From Callorhinchus milii (taxonomy: Eukaryota), in assembly GCF_018977255.1 (NCBI RefSeq), contig NW_024704742.1:73162001-73226000 (forward strand): DNA of 64,000 nt, written 5' to 3'. A program made the translations under genes and the position numbers. The first letter of the stretch is position 1, and every line of letters starts with the position of its first letter. The notes beneath the pieces are model-generated. The model was not told where the DNA came from. It did no database searches and was given only the letters and a program-made list of their open reading frames with translations. Of the stretch, positions 38,875-52,675 are shown piece after piece.

Positions 38875-39527
38875 AGGTTAAAATCTGTTAAAAGAACATA
38901 CGGGATACTAGGTTTTATAAATAGGGGCATAGAATACAAAAGTCATAATGAACCTTTATAAAACACTGTTAGGCCTCAGCTAGAGCACTGTGTTCAGTTC
39001 TGGGCACCACATTTTAGGAAGTATGTCAAAGCATTAGAGAGGATGCAAAGGAGATTTACCAGGATGGTACCAGGAATGAGGAACTTCAGTTATCAGGAGA
39101 GGCGAGAGAAACTGGGATTATTCTCCTTGGAGCAGAGAAGTTAAAGAGGAGACTTAACAGATGTTTTCAAAATTAGGAAGGGATTTGATAGGGTGAAAAA
39201 AGAGAAACTATTTCCACTGGTGGGTGGGTTGGTAACCCGAGGGCACCAATTTACAATAGTTGTTAAAAGAAACAGAGGGGAGGTGAGGAGAAATTTTTTC
39301 ACACGGCGAGCTGTTCAGATCTGGAATACATTGCCTGAAAGGGTGGTGGAAGACGATTTGATAACAACTTTTAAGAGAGAAGTAGATAATTATTTGGGGA
39401 GGACAAGTTTGCAGGACTATGGGGAGAGGGCAGGGGAATGGGATTGAATTGGATAGCTCTTTTTAAAGAGCCGACACAGACACGATAGGCTGAATGGAGT
39501 CCTTCTGTGCTGTATAATGATTCTATC
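38875..39527 (+). mobile_element. CR1 LINE 3' fragment
   Basis: Translates to ILGFINRGIEYKS...RGEVRRNFFT...GERAGEW. Ends in the ATTCTATC tail. Homologous to 27555-28250. Confidence 0.92.
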
Positions 39528-40035
39528 ATGAAATTGCCCTTTACAATTCTAAACCCATGCCGTCTTGTTTTATATTATATGCTTTAATATTTTTGAAAAT
39601 CTTAATAGCATTTTTAGAAAGTGGACTCTCAACTGAAGAAAGAAGTATTCTGTGTAGAAGGGAATAAAACATAGTTTTTCTGTACTTAAAAGTTCTTCCT
39701 TGATCAACATAAAGTATGATCCTCAACTGAATTAATTTTATTTTCACAATGTTTGTTAAGGCTAAGCACAAACAAATTTGTCACTTTTGCATACAATTTC
39801 AGTTATTACTGTCATTAAATTAGACAAAAACAATAACTTGCATTTACATAGCGCCCTTCACGCCGGACTGCGTCTTGGAATGATAAATTAGACAAAAAGG
39901 ATAAAACACGAGGTCCCGATGTACTACAGCCAAGAATCCTTATGACTATAGGGACAAGATAGCTGAGGCACCAATAATATATTTAAGAACTCAGTAGAGA
40001 AAGGAACCATGGAAGAGAAGTAGAGTGTGGCAATT

Positions 40036-40720
40036 CTTTTTTACATCAGCCTGGTGTTTGACACATGCAGATACTCATCACCATGCTTAGGAGTATCCAA
40101 ACCAGACTGAGAGCTCTATTTTTGCCACCTACACAAAGAAATTTCCATGTCTGGAAATGGAAATGTGCGCTCTCATCCTGGAGGGACACATCCTGTTTAC
40201 CTAATTTGTGAGAGTATTAGGCACCGATTGGCAACAACAAAGGCTTTGGAACCCAGAGTGAGTGTCAGAGTACCAGCAAACCAACTAAAACTGTATAACT
40301 GCTGAGCAGCATAGCTCAGCATAAAATACGTGAGAGCATTGCCACCATCTTCCTACCCATTGAGTAATGGTTCCACCAGTTGGAGGTGTGGAGCTTGAGC
40401 AGCAGCTGCTTACCTCTCTGCAAACTAAACAAAGGCGCTGGATGTATAAACGTGTGTTCATGAACTTGGATTTCAGGTACCGCCTTGTAGTTGCTGTCAT
40501 CACAAGCTTCCTTATCAGCTATCTGATGGACATCTACCTTCAGCGTGGTGGGAGGACTTTTATCGGACAACTTGTGACGTGCCAGACACCTTGATGTTCT
40601 CGAGATCCAAGTTCAATGTCACGTACCAGCTGCTTAATCCAGGTCTTCAAGTGAGGGGTTTTTCCATATAGATAGATGTGGCCACTACAAAGCCAACTCC
40701 ATCTCAAGGATGCTCAGCAA
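40036..40720 (-). repeat. Family X repeat copy (longer)
   Basis: Reverse complement of the same 3' segment (CATCACCATGCTTAGGAGTATCCAAACC; GTATTAGGCAC). Confidence 0.65.
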
Positions 40721-41013
40721 CAGATCAATATAGGCTTGAGGCCTCCCTCCCTGCAGCTGCTTCCCCCTCTTTAGTACAGAGGGTGGATGGTGAATGTATT
40801 TCCTTTTTTTAAAGAAAGGAGTTAGAGATAATCGAGGAAACTACAGACCAGTTAGTTTAGTGTATTAAATTCTATAACAAACGATGAAATAACTAAACAA
40901 CCCAACGAGAATGTAATTAAAAGCAGCCAGTGCGGATTTATGAAGAGAATATAGTTGACCAACTTTACTGAATTCTTTGAAGTAATAACAGATAAAGTAG
41001 ACAAGGGAAGTTC

Positions 41014-41395
41014 AATAATAATCATTGCATTGATATAGTGCCTTATTACATCTTCAAGACGTCTCAAAGCGCTTCACAGAATATACTGTAAAGTGAATGG
41101 ACTGTAGATTTTGTGGGCGAAACACGGCAGCTAATTGTGCATAGTAGTGTCCCACAAACAGTCATGGATTACATGACCAAATTACTAATTTTTGTAAAAA
41201 AAATGTTTTTAAGGGGTTATTTCTCCCAGAAAAGTGATCCGCCAATCAACTAACAAACGGGTTCCTAATTACTGCTAGGTAAACAGAGGTGTGTGGAATA
41301 AGGAAACATGGCCAACGTTTCGCCCTGCCCTGGAACCAAACCCAAGTCCTCTCTCTTGCAAGGCGAGTGCTCTAACCACTAAACTACAAGACACT
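41014..41395 (-). mobile_element. tRNA-derived SINE, full-length copy
   Basis: Reverse complement of the same family. Confidence 0.88.
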
Positions 41396-41950
41396 ACTTC
41401 AAATAAGTAGCACTTTCTTTTGTAAGATTTACTAAGGATCTTTTAATTTTCTTAGCATATAGAGATAGAAATTCTACCAGTCGAGATTTACTCTATTTTC
41501 TTAACAATTCAGAACATCCAGAATTTGGCAAATTCTCAAATAGCCTTCCTTTTGAAGCCCAAGTTTTCTGTAAGTTTTTTTCAGTGACCCAATAACCTCT
41601 GAATGTAACCAAATCTGGATCATATGTCGTTTCTGCTCTTGTACGTTCCAAATGTTTTTATCTGAAGATATGACTAATAACTGACATCATCATTTCTAGC
41701 TCTCTATAATATTACTTTTTTGTATCTTTTGGTCTGGAAAGAAACATTTTTTTTCTTAAAACACAAAGATTCCTGCTCCTGATCACTAACTAATAATAAT
41801 AATAATCCTTGCATTTGATATAGCGCTTTTCACGTCTTCTGGATGTCTTAAAGTGCTTCACAGAAATTACTGTAAAGTGAATTAACATATATTTGTGGGT
41901 GAAATGTAATATAAACCAAAGTGCTGTAAAATTGTCATGTGTGCATTGCT

Positions 41951-42699
41951 TTTTTTTGAAAATATATATTTATTTATAAATATAATATTCAGTACAACAG
42001 AAATCCAAAACAAACACAACATCTTCTGTTACAATTTTTCCCTTTTCTCCCAATACAAAAAATATTTCATTGTTTATGGTACATTCCTTCCCAGCACATA
42101 GGTTGTGCACACGTTTTTTGGGACGCTCCCTTTAACACAGTTGGGAGTCGCCCCTGTGTACACCACATCCACGTGCGTGCCCACGCACACCGTGATAAGG
42201 CGCATTGGCCGCTTTCGGAAGGCGCCCAATGTGCTCCGTACGCGCACTTGTTTACCGTACATACATTTTCAGGATGCTGTTTGGTTACATTTCGAGCATC
42301 CTTCTGTACCCTTACTTCAGTCAGTTTTGGGTGGGCTCCCCGGTGAGTGTGTCCTGAGTGGGTTGTGCCGGAGCGGTTCCTGCCGGGGTCAGGCTCCATC
42401 TGGCCTTTGCCATGGTTGAGCCGAACTTCAGCTTGTCCCTCAGTATATCGTCCATGATCCGAGCGTGCGCGAGCCTGAGGCAGGGCCTCACCGTCCCCTA
42501 GTTCTGCCAGAACACCTGGTTTAGGGAGTGCCAAAGGGCCGCCTGTACTGAGTTTATGATCCTCCAGGCACACTCTATGTGGGTTTTGCTGTGAGTGCCC
42601 GGGAAGAGGCCGTATAGCACCAAGTGCCGTGACAGCGGGTCCCCGGGGACGAACGGCGAGAGAATCCATTCCATCTGTTTTCAAACTGCCTTTGCGAAA
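41951..42699 (-). mobile_element. Tx1-clade non-LTR retrotransposon 3' end with poly(A)
   Basis: Minus frame reads FAKAV*KQMEWILSPF...VLYGLFPGTHSKTHIECAWRIINSVQAALW...LRDKLKFG...KARW, the Tx1 ORF2 C-terminus. AATAAA then A8 tail at ~41951. Candidate TSD ATTGCT at 41945-41950 and 42700-42705. Confidence 0.85.
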
Positions 42700-44240
42700 A
42701 TTGCTGGAACATGAGGTCAGAATTGGGCTTGGCTGTGATGATTTCCCCCCTTTCCCTCCAGGTTAAGTAGCCCAGTGACTTTCACAGAATACTCTTACAT
42801 GCTTACACTATGGTGGAGTAATGAAAAGCTGTCAGTATGCTAGTCAGTATCACAGCATGAGTCACCACCTTCAAGACAGGAGGAGAAATGAAAATAAAGC
42901 ACACACACATTTAAACTTCCCCAGACTTTAGAAAGAGGGACAGTGTAACATTTTTACATAAAGCTGTTTCACGTATAATTAAGAAAACCATGGTCAAGTA
43001 TTTTTATTCCTCCCCTTCCTGCTTCTGTGAAGCGCTTCAAGAAGTTATCCTATATGAATGGCACTGTATAAATGTTGTTCTAATTGGCCCCAATTGCTCC
43101 TGATTGCTATGAAAAGAGGCTCCTTCAATGAATCATCAAATCATTTGTTTTCCTGGTAGAGTAGCTACAACTTTAGGCCTAAGCATCTCAAGTTTCTCAT
43201 ACACCAAAAGGCATAGCAACTGCTTGTTCTATTTTTGGGTGGCAGAGATTTGTTTCATGCTGAAATTGCTTCATTACCCAGGGGATCATTTGTGAATGGG
43301 GAATGGAGCAAACATGCTGTTATCTGATATGTACAGCTGACGTTAATTTGATCTCCAGAATTGCAGACCCTCACTTTGTCGCTACTCACCTACGGGTTGG
43401 TGCAGTCCTGCAAACAAGGAGACATCTGCTGGTTTGCTGTCCACATTCCAACAGATCTCTCTACAGTGCTATATGCCCAAATGATCCATGGAGTTTTCCT
43501 AACCCTCACCTTCCCAACTTGTTGTGGAAGACAAAAGGGAATTTAGTCTCTGTTTGGACAAACCCTAAAACACTTCTTTCAATACTGTCCTACAATCCTT
43601 AATGTCAAATTTATGTTCAGGTGGTAAGGTTTTCTGTTACATAGAGGATACATGCTGTGAACTAATAGCTTACATAAAGTCACGGACAATAACTAATAAA
43701 ATGGTGGAATAGGTTTGATGGGCTGAATAGCCTCCTCCTGTTCTTATGTTCCAAGATCATATTTAGGCTAACTATTATTAGCTGAGAGACTGAAATTAAT
43801 AGGTTCAAAGTTGTTTTGTGAAACATATAGATTTACAAGGGAACATGCCTTATTGATGAAAGGGAATCAGTTTTGCAGGCTGCAGTGGAAGGTATTCATA
43901 ATACCACTACGACTGTAATTCAAGCATTGACTGGCATCAGAAAGAAGATTACTGAGGTTATACAAACCATAGGATGGCTGATGGTAAGTTGTTTAACGGA
44001 AAGGATAAAACTACTGTACTATGGAACCTTAGACATATCTTCAGAAACCATGCAACAGTGGCTTCTGTGCTGCTTATAAATAGGAGAAGTTGCATCTTCA
44101 CCTATCACATTTGACCTGATGCTAATTGACACTGGAAAACTACCCAGCTCATTTATTGTGACTCAGATACCTTTGGTGCCACACTGCTCAATTGTCCTAA
44201 CAACTTTCTGGCAAATCTGGCATTTCTCAGCTAACAATTT

Positions 44241-44795
44241 CTTTTTGGTCAGCCAGGTGTCTGATACATACAGAAACCCATCGCCATGCTTACAAATATC
44301 CAGACTAGACAAACTGTTCTACGCATGTCACCTACACATAGAAATTCCTGACTCTTGAACGGAACCTGCACCCTCTTCCCAGAGAAACTCATCCTGCTTA
44401 CCTAATACCGTGAAAGCTGAACAGCGAGGACTCCAGAGTGTGCGCTGGAGTCTAACCAGCTAAAACTACATAGCTTGCCAACGATAACACTGTCTGGCAA
44501 GCTTCCTCTTGCTTGTTCAGCTACCACCACCACCATATCCGCTAGGGCTTTGGTTTGTTGTGTTCATAGGAGAGTCTGAATAATCTCTGACCAAGTAACA
44601 CGTCTAATCATCCAATTTCTGCTGAAGAGCCAAGCTGGCTGTTCTGTCATCAGCAGTGCCCTGGAGTACTGCCGACTGCCTGACTCAGAGACCAAGAGCA
44701 CCACAGAGGGCTGGCTTGATTCTGACTTCATGTTGCCAAGCATGTCGTCCTGGAGTCAATTCAGCTCAAAGGAGATTCCCCCCTTCCAAGAGGAT
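44241..44795 (-). repeat. Family X repeat copy
   Basis: Shares CCAGCTAAAAC..CATAGCTTGCCA, CTGATGACAG and the ...CTGACCAAAAA end. Confidence 0.72.
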
Positions 44796-44869
44796 AGACA
44801 TTAGTTGGTCATTTGGCAAGTACAGCTTTGGACCTTGGTGCTTGTCAGAGGCTCACACTTCAAGTGGGT

Positions 44870-45165
44870 ACTTAGTGTGTGCTGCATTGTTGGAGGTGCT
44901 GTTCTTCAAATGAGATGTTAAACTGAGGTTCTGTCTGCCTATCCAGGTCCACGTTAAAGTAACTATGGCATATTTTGAAAAGAGAAAGAGTTTCTCCCAG
45001 TATCCTGGCCAATATTTCTTTAATAATTGCTGTATGCAAATTGGCTCCTGGATTCACCTACACTGACAATCACTGCATTTTACAGTAAATCATATAAAGC
45101 CCTTGAGGCATCCTCTTGACGTGAAAAGGAGTAATATCAAATATAAGGTTTTCATTATTATTTTA
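44870..45165 (+). mobile_element. Older Deu-domain SINE (SacSINE/AmnSINE-like)
   Basis: GCTGCATTGTTGGAGGTGCTG...ATGAGATGTTAAACTGAGG...CTATGGCA...CCTGGCCAATATTT resembles the Deu domain as recalled. Related copies at ~20890-21215(-), 45615-45930, 46250-46430 and 61003-61395(-). Confidence 0.65.
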
Positions 45166-46904
45166 TTCTAACTCCCAGATCAGGTGTACCCAAATACCAT
45201 TTCCTTCGTAAGTCACGACCGTTGCCTCAACTTCCATTGATCCATCTGACGTTAGTAATGTAAATATAGCAACAATATTAAGAATTTGCATGTGCGCAAC
45301 AAAAAAAGGAAGCACAATTATACAGCACACTGATAACTGTTATTTGTAAATGATAAAACACATTTATTCACCCGAGAATAGTTTACAAATTCAAATGAGC
45401 TTGCTATAATAACCTGTTAACATGCCCTGAAGATAATTCAGCATTCTGAAATGGTAAAGATAACACAGGGGAATGATTCAATCAAAAACATTTTCCTGTA
45501 AAGGCAGGTGTGTGGCAACTTGACTGCCATCCTCATCTCCGCCCCAGCTTTGCTCAGTTTGCAGATTGTTGTGGGTTTCAGCCTTGAGATGAACTCAGAG
45601 ACTAGAGTAAAACTGCAGGACAGCGCTGAGGAATCAGTGCATTGTCAGACATGCTAGCCTTTGAATGAGACATTAAATCAAATGCCCATGTGTCTGTTCA
45701 AGTGGACTTTGATCCCATGGTACTATTCGAAAGGAGAATGAGTTTTTCCAGGTGTCCAGGCCAACATCCTCCAGAGAAATGGGTCATTGATACCAAGGTT
45801 GGTTGTGAAACTTTGAAGTGCACAATATGGCTTCTGCTGTTTTTACTTACAAAAATGGTCATTACACTTGACACTTACTATTGAAGGAATTTGAATTATT
45901 GTATTTGATGTGATAAAGGCACCATTGTCCACAACTTTGCTTGAAGGACCCTGTCTTTTTCCAGCATGACTACCTTTCCATTCCTAGATACCCGTCAATA
46001 TATTTGTACTTTTAATTGGTGTGTACTGAAGTGCTCAATCAGAATGATCAAAATATTGTAAGCCTTGCTTTTGAATTCTGAAGGATTGTGGACTATTACC
46101 CATGTACCTGACTGAGCAGCGCTGCACCTACATGCACATGTTGAAAGAGCATAGGCTAAGGAAATTAGTAGCCATGTGTTTAAAGATCATCTCCCATGGA
46201 TTGTAGGAGTTCACCTACAAATACAATCACTTTCACTTTATAATAAATACTGTGGGGTGTTGTCCTTCAGATGAGATATTAAATTGAGCTCCCATCTGCC
46301 TTTTCAGGTGGAGGGTAAAATTCCATGGCACTATTCGAAAAGAGACAAGAGGTTCTCTCGAAGTTCTTACCAACAATCCCCCAAATAAAGATGGGCATTC
46401 ATTCCATGATTGTTTGCAGGACATTGCTGCAAACTTCCTTCCAGGCGAGTGCATTCCAGATCGTAACAACTCTCTGGGTAAAAAACTACATGTATATATA
46501 TAATATATATATGAGGGCAAAGAGAATGCACATATAGTCCTATAGCTTAGTGGAGTCCTGTAGCTTAGTGGTTAGAGCACTCGCCTCGCAAGCGAGAGGA
46601 CCTGGATTTGATTCCTGGACAGTCACATAAATTCAGATTAATTGTTTACTAATTTGATTGTTACTGGGGCATGAATCTGGTGCAGATTGCATGTCGTGTT
46701 TGTCTGCATATCCACGGTATAACTACAATTCAAAGTAAGAGCTTTGAAATGTTTTGACATGGTATGGCACTATATTATTAATATATTATTACATAACTTT
46801 AGCCACTGTGTGCATTTATCTTCAGTAAGCCCTCTCTCATGGCTTAATAGTGCATGGTTCTTCTTGTTGTGTACCTGCAATACAAGGAACCAGAGGGATA
46901 GAGA

Positions 46905-47968
46905 ATACAATACAAAATTACATTTGTATAGCACCTTTCACGTTGGGAGGACGTCCCAATTTGCTGGACAGTCAGTGATTTGGACCCGAGCTGGGGGTTG
47001 GAATCAGGGAGGGTAGGAGAATGGCCGAAGGTGCGGTCGAAGAGGAGGATCTGAAGACCTGCTTTCAAGGAGGCAAGAGAAAGAGCAAGGCGAAGGGAAT
47101 GTGGGATGGAGTTCCAAAGGAAGGCGACTGAGAGACTAAAGGCCTGAAGTCGATGGTGGGTGACTGTAGGCACAGTCGAAGAAGAAGATCTTCAGGTATA
47201 ATCTGAAGACAGACAAGGAGGGGACAAGGTGGGGGAATTGAGACAGAGAGTTTCCAGAGTCTCGTGGATTCAGATTATTTGGTCTGAATGGCCTGTTTCC
47301 GTGCTATATCATTCTATGTAATTCTATTATATCAATGTTTCTGTTTTATCACTGAGGATATTTGATCAGAGTTGTTAATTGGTTAAACCATAGTCCCGCC
47401 TGCCGAAACCCTCACCCACGCATTCGTCACATCAAGGCTCGATGACGGTAGCTCCCTCCTCATCGGTCTGAACTCTCGCACACCAGGCTCCGTGCCCATC
47501 ACTCCCACCCTCGCCCGACTCCACTGGCTCCCCATCCCCCAGAGAATCGAGTTCAGGATCCTCATCCTCACCTTTAAGGCCCTCCATGGCCTTGCCCCTC
47601 CTACCTCTCTGACCTGCTGACTCCCTACAACCTGCCCGCTCCCTCCATTCAGCGGGCTCCGGCCTGCTCCATGACTCCCGCCTGACCCACCCTACCATCG
47701 GTGGCCGGGCTTTCAGCCTCTCTACCCCCACACTCTGGATCTCCATCCTACTGTCCCTTCGCCTCGCTTCCTCCCTTGCCTCCTTCAAGGCCGGTCTCAA
47801 GACCCTTCTCTTCGATCGTGTCTTTGGTCGCCCTCCCACCTCTCTGCCTTCCCTCACTCCTACACCACCCCTCCCCCATGCTCGGGCCTCGACACCTGAC
47901 TGTTCAGCGCTTTGGGACGTCCTCCCGACATGAAAGGTGCTCTATAAATGTAATTTTGTTGTCATTGT
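46905..47968. mobile_element. Two L2 3' fragments in opposite orientation (minus ~46905-47260; plus ~47393-47968)
   Basis: Both carry the L2 tail. The plus copy has the ETLTHAFVTSRLD and LHWLPIPQRIEF frames. Confidence 0.85.
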
Positions 47969-49111
47969 TGCCTGTTCAGGTGGCTGTTCAAGATACCATG
48001 GCACTATTCGAAAAGAGAAGGGAATTTCTCCCGGTATCCCCCAAATAAAATTGGGCACTCACTCCATGACTGTTTGTGGGACACTGCTGTGCTCAACTGG
48101 CTGCCACATTTCACCCACAAAATACCCAGTCAATCCACTTTACAGTATATCCTGAAGCACTTTGAGACGTTTCAACAACCTGATATGGCACTGTATCAAA
48201 TGCAAGAATTATTATTATAATTATAATCTAGGTAACAATAAACACAGTCACTGCACTTGAGATTAATACCATGAAGCTTTTTGAGACATTCCAAGATGAT
48301 AAGGCTATGTAAAAATGCAAATTCTAGATCCGTATATTCTAAACTGTGGAAGCTTCTGTTAGGGCGCATCGAATCTGTTATGAAATGTCACATCGTTTCT
48401 TCCTCTTTTAGAATGCTCGCAACTGAATCATCAAAAGAAAAAGAATATTAGAAAGGAGGAACAGACATAGTTGCACAACTCACCATTTTATTTGTCTTTG
48501 CAACTGTTGTCAATCACCAACAACACTTCAACTCTTTGGTCGACTATTGTATTCAGATCACATATATGCTCCAAGGTACCTTTCACTTTTGAATCACCGA
48601 ATGATATTCCATCAGGTTATAACTTTAAATTGCATTTGTCTAATATGTACGCCCATTCCCAAACTTCAACAGAAGTCTACAACAACAGCAACAACAACTA
48701 GCATATATATATATATATAACAGCCTTCACAGTGGTAGTGCCTCGGCATGCTTAACAGTGGCGGAGCTTGATAGCAACCTGGAGAAAAGTGCCCATAAAC
48801 AAGGTTGAAAAGGAAGGTCATCAGACGTGACCTGAAGATGGGGAAGGAGGGGCAGGGCAGAGCAATTGAGCCAGAGTACCATAGCACAGTGGCTGAAAGA
48901 ACGGCCACCAATGGTGGAGCAGCGGGGACGACGGATGGGCAGGAGGCCACAGCCAGCTGAGCAAAGGCACTCATTAGTGGAGTGGGATGTAAGCAGGTCG
49001 GAGACGTTGAGAGGTCACAGGGTATGAAGTGATGTGTATCTATACAAGGGTACAAAGATTGATAGCTAAACAAAGTATTGTTATTGACTGACAACATTTG
49101 CAAAGTTTATA

Positions 49112-49722
49112 TTCCTTGGGGGAAGGACACATGGAGTTTCCTTCAAGGACAGCTGGTCTATGATGGCCGCTTGGCAACAGAATTTTGAAATGGGGGAAAT
49201 CCTCTGTAGTGGTCTCGGTAATCTGGTTTCTCAGCCAGTCCCACAGTCGTTCCCCAGAGGACTGATGACAGACCAGCCAGCCTGGCTCATTGGCAGGACT
49301 CGGAAAAACATTGTGGGAGGGATTCTTCCATTCAGCTATTCTTAACCCTGCAAGTCAAAGGCCTAACAAAGAGGATGTTGCAAGCTGGACAAGCAGTGCG
49401 AAGTTGGAGTGGTTAACCAGCTAAAACTGCATAACATGCCATTGACATACCTATCTGGCAAGCTATGCGGTTTTAGCTTGTTGAACCTCAGCAGTACCAC
49501 TGTGCACACTCTGGGGTCCCCAAGTCTTGGCTGTTGCCAACCTGTGCCTAATATTCTCCAGAATTAAGTAAGATTCCGGAGACAGATTGCACATTCCATT
49601 CCAGATACAGGGAAATTCCAAGTGTAGGTGGTATACATTATGGAACTCAGTCTGGTTTGGATACTCATAAGCATGATGATGGGTTTATATATGTGTCAGA
49701 CAACCGGCTAACCAAAAATAAA
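49112..49722 (+). repeat. Family X repeat copy
   Basis: TTGGCAACAGAAT, CTGATGACAG and GGTTTGGATACTCATAAGCATG. Ends GGCTAACCAAAAAT. Confidence 0.72.
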
Positions 49723-51902
49723 CACAAGTTACGCACATTAGTAAAGTACTAGGGCTAATGGAATAAAAACACTACTTGGGCGTTGGCAAATTCCATTAGC
49801 TTTAGTCAAATACTAAATATTTAGATACATGCTCAACTGGAATTATAACTCACACATGGACCAGATCTTGATATATGCTGGTATGATAAATAATCTGTCA
49901 ATGATCTAGGAAATATTTGCTACCAGTTCTGAGCTAAAAATAGTGGGTCATGAGTGTGCAACCAGTGGAACTGTGGATTTTTGAAATTAGTTCACCAACA
50001 TTCCTTCTGATCTGTGTTTAAGTAAATATAAAATAGGAACTTATATACATTTCGCCCACAAATATACAGTCAATTCACTTTACAGTCTATTCTGTGAAAC
50101 GCTTTGAGACGTCTAGAAGACGTGAAAAGCGCTATATCAAATGCAAGGATTATTATTATTATTATTAGACAGACTAGAGATTCTAGGCCACTGATCTATT
50201 CCCAAATAGGAGAGCAACAACAACAGCAACTTGGATTTGTATAGCGCCCTCCACACCGGACGGCGTCTCAGCATAAATGATATACTGTAATTCTGACAGC
50301 ACGACATAGACCCAAAATGCACAATACAGTAATAAATATCTTACTTTAATTTACCAGACTCACATGTTGTGCATTTTTCAACCCATGTGATGAAATACAG
50401 GTCTGGGTTTACAATTACACAATATGACAAATGCAGACGTACACATTTGACTACATGTCATTCTGTCCACAATTGAAATAACAATGTAGTACAAATTTGA
50501 CTTAATGCAAATTCTGGTTTGGACCGGATACAATACAGTACATTGTCATTTTAGATCTAAATAATAGTAGACGTTTGAAGGTAAAATTCAAAAGCTACCT
50601 AAAAATATGTCCACTGTGTTTGACTATGTCTGTGAGACAAGTGATCATTCAATTTTTCATTGTTTCAGCAAGTCCAGTTTACAGTGTTGTTGGAAAGGAT
50701 CAGAATAATAATCATTGGAAGCAAACAACAACAAAAATTAACACTTATCCTAGCAGAGAATTATGGCCAGAATCTTTGAAGCAAAAAGCATGAATGTATT
50801 TAAGAGAAACCTTGATACACAAACGAAGGAGAAGGGAATAGAGGGATATCAGGCTGCCCAACCAACCGTGCCAGTATTTATACTGGTTTGGACATGAGCA
50901 CCACCCCTCTTATTCCCCTCTCCTATGCCGCTCTAACATCCTACTCTGCCACCAGGTTTGAACCATTGAAACCAGGTGTAGTATAGCATCCTTTATCTAT
51001 ATCCCTTATCCTTTGTCTTTCTCCTCCTCTGTCTGTCCCCTTGCAGGCTGCTTGGTGTTGTTTCCCAGGTTGGGCAACCTGGCCAACAACACAACGAGTG
51101 GCCCACCTACTCTTTCCTCTCTGTGCTGCCTCTAACCCCCGCAGTCTCCATGTCTGTGGCAGACTATGCCCCACTAATTGCCTGCCTCAAGTCTCAGAGT
51201 GCACATCTTGGCTGCAACCCCTGACCTGAGCTGCCCCCAAAATACCCCCATCCCTGCAACTTTCCTGCTCTGTACTCCTCTCTCCCGTCCTCCTCGCCTC
51301 TTATCTCCACCTGACCATCCCACAGCTTCTCTATGCTCCAGCCGGGGAATCCTCAGTCGGGCTCACTGTGGCACTCGACGTTGGCTGTCCAGCAGCAGCC
51401 ACACTGACTGCACCATTCCCCACTATCACCACAAGCCCTGCCGGACCCAGATGCTGGGGGCCAACATCTCCTCCATCATCCTCATTCCCACCCTCCCTGC
51501 TAAAACCCTCCATCAAACCTCCCCGTCTCACACATTCCCCTGTGTGCAGGAAGGGACATTGATGGTTACCCAATCATTATTCTTGGATGTACACTCCACC
51601 TCACTGAGCCAGTGAACCATGGCATCTTGTTTGACTTTCAACTGTCTTTTAAACCGCACATCCATGTCATGATCCGCTCTGCCTTCCCCTACCTCCGCAG
51701 CACTGCCTCTCAGTAATTTCTTTCTGTTAGTTTAATGTTCATCGGTTTCACTCTTAATGTTTCATTTCTCGCTTCTGCCAGTCTCTCTCCTGTATGTCAC
51801 TGTCTCTCTTTCTCTCTGTATTTGACATTCTTTCGCCCTTTCCCCCTATGAGCCATTGACCCTTGCCCAATTTCTCTGTGAATGTACATCACATGACCAT
51901 GA

Positions 51903-52082
51903 AAATGGTCATTTTCAATCTACGACTGTTTGTGGGACATTGCTGTGCGCAATTGGCTGCCGCGTTCGCCCACAAATATACAGTCAATTCACTTTACAGT
52001 ATATTCTGTGAAGCGCTTTGGGACGTCCTCCCGACGTGAAAAGCGCTATATCAAATGCAAGGATTATTATTATTATTATTAT
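51903..52082 (+). mobile_element. tRNA-SINE 3' half (5'-truncated)
   Basis: Nearly identical to 7116-7290. Further 3'-only copies at ~4790, 26020, 32785, 38430, 41795, 48050, 50050 and 55300. Confidence 0.88.
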
Positions 52083-52643
52083 CTATCTCTCTGTCTCTGA
52101 ATGTATCTCTCTCTCACTCTTTGTTCCACTAACTCTCTTTCAGTCCTTCTGTGCATGTCCCCCTCTTCTCTCTCTGTATATTTTATATCATCTCTCTCTG
52201 GATACCTATATGTGCCACTGACTTTTTTTCTGTCACTCCTTTCGTATACGCTACTTTCTCTTTTTATAAATCTGCCCATCACTAACCCCGTCACTCCCTG
52301 TCTCATCTGTGTTATCTGCTTTCCCCCACCTCTACAACATTGTCCACCTTTCCCCTCAGGCTGCCGAGACTATCAGATTATTCAGAATTCTGCAGCTCGT
52401 GTCCTCCCCCGCACTAAGATCAGTGAGCTGATCACCCCCATCCTCGCCCGGCTTTACTGACTCCCCATCCCCCAGAGGATTGAGTTTAAAATCCTTGTCC
52501 TCACCTTTAAAGCCTTCCACGGTATCGCTCCTCCCTATCTCTGCAACCTGCTCCAAGTCCCCCGCCCTGCTTTGCACAATCGGAGATCGGGCCTTTAGCA
52601 TATATGCACTCACCCTCTGGAACTCCATCCCGGAGCCCCTCCA

Positions 52644-52675
52644 TTGTTGTTGTTGTTGTTGTTGCTGTTGTTGTT
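52644..52675. repeat. (TGT)n microsatellite
   Basis: Direct reading. Other short microsatellites at 116-135 (CT), 36770-36789 (GA), 37085-37130 (TG) and 37825-37851 (CAG/CAA). Confidence 0.9.

Noticed and set aside
42067..42684. 205-aa minus-strand ORF
   Set aside because: It is an alternative frame over the Tx1 fragment. The Tx1 ORF2 similarity is in another frame that contains stops.
46790..46890. Minus-strand acceptor TTGCAG/GTAC similar to the exon 7b start
   Set aside because: Similarity ends after a few bases, the site is upstream of the UBE2D3 promoter, and the donor is weak.
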